From the NCBI GenBank assembly GCA_965644315.1, contig CBFFRQ010000089.1, forward strand, positions 496,001-560,000: DNA of 64,000 nucleotides, in the 5' to 3' direction. Under the pieces are notes generated by a model. The model made no database searches. It had not been told where the DNA came from and saw nothing but the letters and a program-made list of their open reading frames with translations. Below, in pieces: positions 51,292-59,634 of the stretch; position 1 is the first letter of the stretch; every line of letters starts with the position of its first letter. This stretch comes from Caecitellus pseudoparvulus. Lineage: Eukaryota; Protista; Bigyra: Bicosoecida. Position numbers and translations under genes: made by a program.

Positions 51292-54168
51292 ATGGGCGAA
51301 ATGCCTGCAGCATCCACCACCTGCTCCCTGTTCTCGCATGGCGGCGTCATCGTCGCCACGGTCGTTGCCATTGTTGTTATGGTCAGCCTCCGGTCTGCAG
51401 CAGCTGGGACAGGGGCTGTCATTGTGGCGCCCGTGGACCTCGCTGTCCGCCGTGTGGACGGAATCCTGACTGTTGGCTTCACATTCCTGCTCATGTGCAC
51501 AGCTTACCTCCCAGGCGCAGCCCTCGCCTCGCTCAAAGCCGCGTTCACGGCAGGCGCCTCACCCGTCGCAGCGACGCGGCGCCCGGGCTCTTGCTGGTGT
51601 GGGCAGGGCTGCTCTGTGAGCATGGCTGATGCCGTGGCATCGTTCCAAGTGCAGCCAACGTCTCTGCATGCGTGGCTTAGGGGCAAAGTGGTGCGCCCTG
51701 ACAGTGCCATGCTCCTGGCCTTGCTCCGAACGTACTGGGGATCGGTGGGCGCCCTCGCTTTCGCTGCAGCTTTGCTCAAGCTGCTCCCAGCCTTCGACCC
51801 CAAGTCTGAGACAGAGCTGGCCATTGACGTGTCATTGCTGGGTGCAGCCTCTCGCCCCTTGAACCTGACCTCGCCCCTGCTGCTGCATGCCCTGGACCAC
51901 ATGCTGTGGGAAATGCAGGGCTCGCCTGCCCTGCTGCCGCCGGCGGAGCCTGGGCGAAGGTGCCGCTGCCCGTCCCTGCGCGCCGTCCTGCTGACCCTAG
52001 GCCACGGTGCCTTTGCATCGGGAGTGCTCCTGCTCATGTTCTTGGTGCGGTTCGTGCTGTTCTTGAGCGGCGTCGTGCCGTTCACATTTGCCCCCATGCT
52101 GCTATCCTTCCGCTTCATTGAAGCCTTCCTCCTTACCACATTCTACTTGGGGCGCCGCTCCACAGTCATGAGGGCCTTGCTCAGTGTGGCTCTCCCCCTC
52201 GGCTTGGTCTGCCTCGCCTTCATGTACACCGCGGGCACCCTGGGCACCGCCGCGGTCAGCGGTGCATACGTTGGGCAGGGTGCGCTGATGCTCATCATCA
52301 TCGCCAACGCCATGCTGCTGCCCACTGTGGTGTACGTGCTGCACCTGTCAGCTGGTGCACAGCGAGCTGTCACCCTGCTGGGCTTCCTGCGGTACATGTC
52401 CCACGAGGTTCGCGTGCCCGCGAACGTCGGCATGCTTGCTGTTGATGAGGCCTTGATGCTGATGGAGCCAGGCGTCACCGACATGGAGCCAGGGGCGAGT
52501 GCCTTGCCTGCCCCCGGCCCCCCTTCACTGCGAAGTCGTGGATTCTCCTCTACCTTGCACTCTGCGAGCAGCAAGGCAGGCAAGCCGGACTTGGGCCCTG
52601 TGCGCACCGTCACTGCAGAGAGTGCCCTCAGCCCCCGCCGCAGGCCTTCCGACCAATCCGCTCCGCTGGAGGCGCTGCCGCTGGACACTGTGAAAGAGTG
52701 CAGGAACGCCTTAGTGGAGGCAAGGGACGCCTTGGCCCACATGCAAGTGGTGCTGACGCGCACCCTGGACCTGGCCAGTCTGGACGTCGGCCGCCTCCGC
52801 CTTGCCTTGCGACCAGTCTTCTTGCCCCGCCTTTGGCGACGGCTACGGGTGGCTGCGACACCTGTCTTCCAAACAGCGGAAGTGACGCTGGACATGCCAC
52901 CTCTGCCGGAGGAGTGGCAAAATGTCTGGGTGGTGGGGGACGGCCTCCGCATCCAGCAGGCGGTGTTGGGCATCCTGGTGAACGCGGCTCACCACGCAGC
53001 TGCGCACGGCTCCGCCTCATGCCACCTGCGACTTCTTGAGGTTGCCGCTGGGCAGCGCCAGCTCTTTGATCCCTCCGCGCCCCCCCCGGCTGAGATCGCG
53101 CAGCAAGCCAGTAGCCGCAGGCTCGCCTTGGTCGGCGCAGCAGCCACCGCGTTGGATGACTCCGAGGTGGTTTCAGCGTCTCGCGAACTGGTGCTGGAAG
53201 TGGAAGTGTCAGATGACGGCAGAGGCATGACGCCACAGGAACAGCTGAATGTGTTTGTCCCCTTTTCCCGCCTGCACAGTGGGGAGGAGGGCACTGGACT
53301 GGGCTTGAACATTGCCAAGAAGGCCATGCAGGCCCACGGAGGCGACGTGCTGGTGTTCAGCGAAGGCTTGGGCCGTGGCAGCACCTTTACACTGCATGCG
53401 CTGGTTGGCTTGCACCACGTCGATGCGCCTGATGTGGAGCGCAGCACCACCTCAACCACCTCCGGAGCCTCCCGTCACGAAGGGGACGAGATCGAGTGGG
53501 ATGTGGGGCAGATGGTGTGGCGGCCCACCCTGGGGCTGTCTTCGCGGGCCTCGGGTGACGTCTCTGTGGATGGCGTGGACAGAGGGGACTCCGGCTCCCC
53601 CCGATGGACGGGGCCTGGCCAGGCCGGCAAACCGGTGCAGACTGCTCCCCCGCCCCCGACCACGGTGCCAGAGACAGGGCCCCTCACCATCCACTCCTCC
53701 CAGTGGAGCGGGCAAGGGACAAGCAGTGTAGCTCAGGCGCCATCCGTCCGCCCAAGTGGTGCCAGCACGGTGGACCCTCAATCCTCGAGAGCTGCGCCGA
53801 GCCATCACGTGCTTGTCGTGGACGACGACGTGCCCACACGGCGCATGCTGGCCCGACTCCTCGCAAGGGTGCCAACGGTGGCCAGTGTTGTCACAGCCAA
53901 GGATGGTAGAGAGGCAGTGGAGCTTTGGATGGCCGCGCAGAGTGGACCGGCTCCCTTCACCCACATCACCTTGGACAACCAAATGCCGATCTTGACCGGC
54001 GTACAGTGCGCCATAGAACTCAGAAGCCTCGGTTGTAAGGCGCGCATCGTGGGGGTGAGTGGAAACGTCATTGGCCGAGACCGCCAGGAGTTCCTCGGGG
54101 CGGGTGTGGACGTGGTGCTGGGCAAGCCAGCCCACCGAACGGCTCTGCTCGAAGCTCTGAAACTTTGA
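51292..54168 (+). CDS. Membrane-bound hybrid histidine kinase (TM sensor, HisKA, HATPase_c, receiver)
   Basis: H-box FLRYMSHEVRVP (His at 52402-52404), N-box RIQQAVLGILVNA, G1 VSDDGRGM, F-box VFVPFSRL, G2 GTGLGL and SEGLGRGSTF. Receiver: VLVVDDD...ITLDNQMP (Asp at 53974-53976)...GVSGN...LGKP. Confidence 0.9.
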   Translation: MGEMPAASTTCSLFSHGGVIVATVVAIVVMVSLRSAAAGTGAVIVAPVDLAVRRVDGILTVGFTFLLMCTAYLPGAALASLKAAFTAGASPVAATRRPGSCWCGQGCSVSMADAVASFQVQPTSLHAWLRGKVVRPDSAMLLALLRTYWGSVGALAFAAALLKLLPAFDPKSETELAIDVSLLGAASRPLNLTSPLLLHALDHMLWEMQGSPALLPPAEPGRRCRCPSLRAVLLTLGHGAFASGVLLLMFLVRFVLFLSGVVPFTFAPMLLSFRFIEAFLLTTFYLGRRSTVMRALLSVALPLGLVCLAFMYTAGTLGTAAVSGAYVGQGALMLIIIANAMLLPTVVYVLHLSAGAQRAVTLLGFLRYMSHEVRVPANVGMLAVDEALMLMEPGVTDMEPGASALPAPGPPSLRSRGFSSTLHSASSKAGKPDLGPVRTVTAESALSPRRRPSDQSAPLEALPLDTVKECRNALVEARDALAHMQVVLTRTLDLASLDVGRLRLALRPVFLPRLWRRLRVAATPVFQTAEVTLDMPPLPEEWQNVWVVGDGLRIQQAVLGILVNAAHHAAAHGSASCHLRLLEVAAGQRQLFDPSAPPPAEIAQQASSRRLALVGAAATALDDSEVVSASRELVLEVEVSDDGRGMTPQEQLNVFVPFSRLHSGEEGTGLGLNIAKKAMQAHGGDVLVFSEGLGRGSTFTLHALVGLHHVDAPDVERSTTSTTSGASRHEGDEIEWDVGQMVWRPTLGLSSRASGDVSVDGVDRGDSGSPRWTGPGQAGKPVQTAPPPPTTVPETGPLTIHSSQWSGQGTSSVAQAPSVRPSGASTVDPQSSRAAPSHHVLVVDDDVPTRRMLARLLARVPTVASVVTAKDGREAVELWMAAQSGPAPFTHITLDNQMPILTGVQCAIELRSLGCKARIVGVSGNVIGRDRQEFLGAGVDVVLGKPAHRTALLEALKL

Positions 54169-54301
54169 AGCTGAGGCCTGTGAGCAAATCATTGCACACC
54201 CCTCCACGCTGTGCTCGCGATATTTCAATGGAATTCATGGCCAAATAGCCGGCCCCTCAGCTTCACAGCTGCCGTGGAGTGCCTTGCGAGGGATTCCTGT
54301 G

Positions 54302-54313
54302 CCAATTTCCGCA
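54302..54313 (+). promoter_or_regulatory. Candidate 5'-proximal motif CCAATTTCCGCA upstream of the M3 peptidase
   Basis: Exact 12-mer in the short intergenic gap, about 60 nt before ATG 54375. Confidence 0.45.
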
Positions 54314-54374
54314 CGAACCCCACCTTGCAGCCAGTGCCTGTAGCACACCGACACCCCCTGCCCCATCGCTCGGT

Positions 54375-57044
54375 ATGGATGGAGCAATTCTTGGGGGGGC
54401 TCCAGGGCGCATGCAGTCCATGCCTGTGGATGGCAGTGACCCCGAGCGGGGTCGCTTGACTGAGCCAGCACCCCAGGGCAGCAAGCAGCAAGCTCGCACC
54501 AGGTGCTACCTGATCGGCGGCTCCAGTGCCCTGGTCCTCCTCATTGGCTTGGGTATCCTGGCCGCAGTGCTGCTGCCGCACTCTCCACCTGAAGAACGGC
54601 GGCATTCGGACTCGTCAGCTGCGCAGAGTTGGGCTAGCTTTGACGCGGTGACCGCTTCGCCAGCCGCCTTCAACCAATGGTGCCACCAGCAGCTGAAAAT
54701 TGCCGCAGATGCCCACATTGCTGCCAAGCAGCACCCACAGACCCCCTTGTCGCTGTTGAATGATGCAGACATCGCGTTGGGCAACGCCAACAGCATGGCG
54801 AGTGTCATGGCCAACGCCCACCCCAGCGCAGACATTCGCACAGCCGCTGAAGCTTGCACGACGCTGCTGCAGAACTACACGACCCAAGCGTCCTTCGATA
54901 CGACCATGGCGAACACCCTGCTGAATCTGCTGCAAGAAGGCCTCTTTGATCAAGCAGGGGATTGGCATGATGCCGTGAACAACACCGCAGCGCTAGCACT
55001 GCGCTACGTGCAGGATGGGGTCACAGCGTTCCGCACGCAGGGGGTGCTGCCTCCAGCGAACGGCGGCGGCACGGGTAGTGAGAGCAATCCGCCTCCTACC
55101 GAGGCTTTGAAGCAGATGTCTGCGGAAATGCTGCAGCTGGGCCTTGACTTCGAGCGGGCGGTGGCTGAGGATGTTCGGAGCCTGCGCATTCCAGCCTTGG
55201 ATGTGGCCAGCACATGCGCCGGGCTGCCACAAGACTTCCTCGATGGGCGCACGGCACAAAGCCTTGGACTGCCCACTGACCCGGGCGCGGGCCAAAGCCC
55301 GCAGGATGTCGTGCTGGACACGACATACCCGTCGTACTTCCCCGTCATTAAGTACGCCACAGACCGCAGCTTGAGGCGGGACATGGCCACCATCTTCAAC
55401 CAACGAGGCCTTCCAGACAACATCCCACGCCTTGCACGACTCTTGCAGCTGAGGTGGCAGTACGCACGGGAGCTGGGTTTTGACAACTGGGCACAGTTGC
55501 AGCTGCAGGACAAGATGCAAGGAAACCCAGCCAATACCACCGCGTTCCTGCAGCGAGTAGCAACTGCACTGGACAGTGCCGCCAACGACGATAAGACAGC
55601 TCTGCAGGGACTGCTCAATGCCGACTTGCATGCAAACACGACAGGGGCAGACAAGTCTCCAGAGCTTCAAGCGTACGACTCGTCGTTCTACCTAAACAGG
55701 CTGCAGCAGGACAGGTACCAAGTAGACCCAAAGCAGGTTCGGCAGTACTTCACCTTTGCAAAGGCTCGCGAGGGCGTCCTGTCCACTGCGTCAGCCATCT
55801 TTGGGGTGCATTTCCAAGTCGTCGCGCCCGTCTGGGGCGTGAACTATGGTCGTGGGAACGAAAGCCAAGCAGAGTTCGACACGTGGGCAGCGAGGGTGGC
55901 TGCGGCCAACGGCGGCGTGCAGCGATGGCATGAGTCTGTAGAAGTGCTGAATGTGTACTCCACCCGCCCATCAGCATTGGCCAGTAGCTGGCCAGAAGTG
56001 CGACCGCACGATGTTTCCATCGCTGGCGCCCCCACCCTGGATGGGGCTTGTCAGGGCTACGTTTCCAGCTGGGATGGGGATGCTGCTGGCGAGGCAGATA
56101 CAACAGCTGCCCTTGAGCCAGCCATGGGGGGTTCCGCGTGGAGTGTCGCTGCCGAAGGAGCCCCCGGCGCTGCCAACCCCCCCGCGTGCTACATGGGCAG
56201 CGGGGAGCTGCTGGGGCGCATTTACTTGGACATGTGGCCACGAGAAGGCAAGTATCAGCACGCTGCACAGTTTGACTTGCGTGCTGGTGTGGCAGGGGTC
56301 CAGGCCCCTGAGGGAACGCTACTCACAAACTTCCCACGCTTCGGGAGCATGGAGCACTCTCAAGTTGTGACCTTCTTCCATGAGTTCGGCCACCTTATGC
56401 ACCACGTTGTAGGTGGCACCAACAGCGTGCTGCAGGCGTACTCTGGAGTGGCCACAGAGTGGGACTTTGTCGAGGCTCCCTCTCAAATGCTGGAAGCGTG
56501 GGCTTGGAGCGCTGAAGTTCTGCAAGCATTCGCCTCCAACAGCGATGGTGATGCAATCCCCGAGGGTTTAGTGGACGCGATGGTCCTGGCTTCGGGAGTT
56601 GGGCGCGGCATTTCCAACAAGCAGCAAGTGTTCTACGCTCAGCTGTCCCTCGGCCTGCACATGGCAGACCCCACCGCCTTCCAGGATGACTTGGACGGCA
56701 CAGCTGGCAATGCCACCATTCTCACCTTCCTCAAGGATGTCCAAGCAGCATGGTCCCCTTACCCGTACCTTGACGGTACTGATTTTGCAGCATCATTTGG
56801 GCACCTCATCGGCTACGGCGCCATTTATTCCACCTACCTGTGGAGTAACGTCATCGCCAGGGACATGCTCAGTGTCTTCACCACGTCGCCCTTCGGGCTA
56901 CTTGATACGCTGTCTGCTGGGCAGTACACAAACCGCATTATTGCATCTGGGGGGCGGGGCGATGCGGCATCACTGCTGGACGACTTCCTTGGGCGGCCTG
57001 TCAACTTTGAGCCCTTTGCCAAGTGGGTGTCCAACACAGCATGA
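54375..57044 (+). CDS. M3A family zinc oligopeptidase (thimet oligopeptidase-like) with an N-terminal signal anchor
   Basis: TFFHEFGHLMHH (HExxH at 56379-56393), EWDFVEAPSQMLE.W, LGRIYLDMWPREGKY.HAA, FAASFGHL.GY...Y..YLWS and FLGRP. Hydrophobic stretch YLIGGSSALVLLIGLGILAAVLL near the N-terminus. The start could be 54411 or 54420. Confidence 0.9.
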   Translation: MDGAILGGAPGRMQSMPVDGSDPERGRLTEPAPQGSKQQARTRCYLIGGSSALVLLIGLGILAAVLLPHSPPEERRHSDSSAAQSWASFDAVTASPAAFNQWCHQQLKIAADAHIAAKQHPQTPLSLLNDADIALGNANSMASVMANAHPSADIRTAAEACTTLLQNYTTQASFDTTMANTLLNLLQEGLFDQAGDWHDAVNNTAALALRYVQDGVTAFRTQGVLPPANGGGTGSESNPPPTEALKQMSAEMLQLGLDFERAVAEDVRSLRIPALDVASTCAGLPQDFLDGRTAQSLGLPTDPGAGQSPQDVVLDTTYPSYFPVIKYATDRSLRRDMATIFNQRGLPDNIPRLARLLQLRWQYARELGFDNWAQLQLQDKMQGNPANTTAFLQRVATALDSAANDDKTALQGLLNADLHANTTGADKSPELQAYDSSFYLNRLQQDRYQVDPKQVRQYFTFAKAREGVLSTASAIFGVHFQVVAPVWGVNYGRGNESQAEFDTWAARVAAANGGVQRWHESVEVLNVYSTRPSALASSWPEVRPHDVSIAGAPTLDGACQGYVSSWDGDAAGEADTTAALEPAMGGSAWSVAAEGAPGAANPPACYMGSGELLGRIYLDMWPREGKYQHAAQFDLRAGVAGVQAPEGTLLTNFPRFGSMEHSQVVTFFHEFGHLMHHVVGGTNSVLQAYSGVATEWDFVEAPSQMLEAWAWSAEVLQAFASNSDGDAIPEGLVDAMVLASGVGRGISNKQQVFYAQLSLGLHMADPTAFQDDLDGTAGNATILTFLKDVQAAWSPYPYLDGTDFAASFGHLIGYGAIYSTYLWSNVIARDMLSVFTTSPFGLLDTLSAGQYTNRIIASGGRGDAASLLDDFLGRPVNFEPFAKWVSNTA

Positions 57045-57071
57045 AGGGCACGAGCGTGACCCGCAGTGTGC

Positions 57072-59412
57072 TCAATGCAGCCCCCCTTCCCATGCAGGGC
57101 TGTTGTCGCCACTGGCAAGTGACGCACCTTCTTCTCCGTCAAGTGACTCTGATTGTGCAGCGGGTGGGGTCAGGCCGCCCGGCTGGTGTCCGGTGATGCT
57201 GGCGACCCACGATGCTGCGTCGTGAGGAATGGCAGAAATGGGCACTTGGACCTTGACTGGCTGAGGTGTGGCTTGGCTTGCAGCCCCTGGAGAGGGCAGT
57301 GCAGTCGATGCTGCCGCTTGACCCACAACGACAGACGGGTGGTCAGTGCCGTGACCTGCCAACCAGGACAAGGCCCGACCGTACAGGCGTCGCTTATGGT
57401 GCTGCCACATATCTGGTGTAAAGGCAAGCGTGTGAAAGTGGGACGGCGGCACCAGCCGGGCTTCATATCCGTACTTGACATGTGTAGCGTCCACGGGAGT
57501 TAGATGCAGGATATTGCCTGGCAGCAGCAGCACCAGCTCCTCCTCAGTTTCAGATGCCGCTAGAGTCAGGGCTTTCCCCACGGTGGGCCGGGCTGTGCTT
57601 GATTTGGGTGTCAGCTGGGTCGTGGTTGGCGTTCGAATTCTGACGTTGGTCGCTCCCACACCTTCCAGTGAAGCGGACGCCTCCGCATAGCCCTTGGCCA
57701 ACTCCCCGGTCAAAGAGGACCCGTGCGAAGTCGCTCGCTGGTGAACAGCCACCAGGTCGGTGTCGGACGACGAAAGTATAGCCTCTGGCTGGTGCTGTTG
57801 CACTCCCAGAACGAGCACGTCCTCTGCACTTGCTGCCGGCTGCGGCGCGCCAGGTGGGCGGCGGTGGATGAGGTCTCGCGCAATCTGAACGTACACCCCA
57901 GCATCGTCGTCTTCGGCGACGTCGCCACCCTGTGCTTCCTCTGCTGCGACTGCAGCAGCTTCATCGCCTGCGGTGGATGCTTCATGCGCACTTCCCCTCA
58001 AGGATTCGACCAATCGCCCCAGCAACGCGCTTGACACGTCCCGGGCTGCGCCTAGGCCACTGGCAACGTGCTCCACTGCCGTAGCTGTAGCCTGCCCGAC
58101 GGCTGAGGCGCGCACGTCCACAATGAGATCTTGCCACCAAGCAGACCTGCTAGCGTGCACTTCACTGCGCAGCCGCCTGACCATGTGCAGCGATACCCTG
58201 GGCACAAAATCTGCGCCCATGACGGTTGTGGTGATATGCGGCTGGAAAAATGACACCACCTGCTGGCTGGCGACAGGAGGGCAGCCAAAAGCAAAGCAGT
58301 GCAGTGGGTATGGCTGTAGCCGCCACCTGGACGGTGCTGCTGCATCGTCGTGACTGCCGAGGGGCTGCCGTCGCACCTTCACGAAGTCAGACTCGGCCGC
58401 GGCAGGACTTGGCGGAGTGGGAGGCGGAGGAGACAGCGGAGCCCCAATACCAAAGCCGCACCTCTGGCATGCTTCAGGGGCGAAGGACAGGCTGTGAAAG
58501 AGTCGCATGGTGAGGAGGGCAGCCACGCCCCCGCCAAGGGAGTGCCCCACCACCACAACTCTGTACGAAGGGTGTTTCGACACCAAGTCACCCAGGAGCC
58601 TGGCCAGCCCAAGCAACCGAGGCGCGCCACTGGAGTCAGGCTGATCTGCTGCCGTGGAGGCCGAGGTGGTCCCAAGGGAGGCAGCGTCCCCCATCAACGC
58701 CCCCGCCGCCTGAGCCATGCCCGAATGCGCCAGGCCAGACAAGAAGGGGACATTGCCCGCAGCCGCGTCGGTGAGGATGTCGGTCACGCTGTGAGTCCCT
58801 CGCAATGCAAGGACGATAGCTTCATATTCATGGTCAAGAGCCACGATGTACGCTGCAAGGGTGGGGAGGGAATGAGGGCAGGCATCGTGGAGTGAAGGAG
58901 GGCCGCTCACACACCTGGACGCAGGGGCTGACTGGACAGCTTGGCAGCGATGACATCCGAAATGGGAATGCCAGACAGCATGGAAAACTTGCCGAGGGAC
59001 TTGGCGTACGCTGCAGAAGACACTTTCAGCCAGTGCAGCAGCTCGACTGCTTCGGGCTTTGGAAGAGCCAGCAGCGGCTCCTGCGTCGCTGCCAAGGTGG
59101 GAGAGTCAAACTTGAGCCGGTACCGCGTGTAAAAGGCCAGTTCTGCAACGTTGATCGAACCAAGCATGCTGGCCGCATCCAGGAGGGACTTTGCCAGGAC
59201 AAACACGGAGGCCTGCGGCAAAGCGCAGAGCAGCAGCATGCGGAAATTGGTAGCCAACGCCAGCGCAGAAGTGGCCCCACCTCTTTGATTTCATCGTCCA
59301 TGCCCGCAATGCCGTCATCCCCCCCCGAGCTCTCAGCGCTAGGTAAGTGGGCTCCATCTCCAGTGCCACCAACTTCTCGTACAACACTCTCAGGGTCCTC
59401 CGTGACCTCCAT
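57072..59412 (-). CDS. Class 3 lipase (DAG-lipase-like); introns 59280-59213 and 58914-58853
   Basis: AYIVALDH...IVLALRGTHSVTDILTD, AHSGMAQAA, VVVVGHSLGGGVAALL (GxSxG), CFAFGCPP, GADFVPRVS, LPGNILHL and MWQHH. The GT-AG introns restore the frame. Confidence 0.85.
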
Positions 59413-59634
59413 GTCTTGCGCTGCCCCGGCCCGCAAAACCCCAGGCAAGCGCTGCTGTAAAGCTGTGCGGTAAGAGCTAGAGTGGTGTACTGATGCACTG
59501 TGCTGTGGGAGTGGTGATTTGGCGCAGAGTAGCGTATGGCTCGCTCCCCACCCCCATGCTATACCTTTCTGCCAGGCCTGCATTTCGGCTGTAGCTCAGC
59601 TTGGCCGCAGAGCAGTTGTGACCGGAATGGACAC

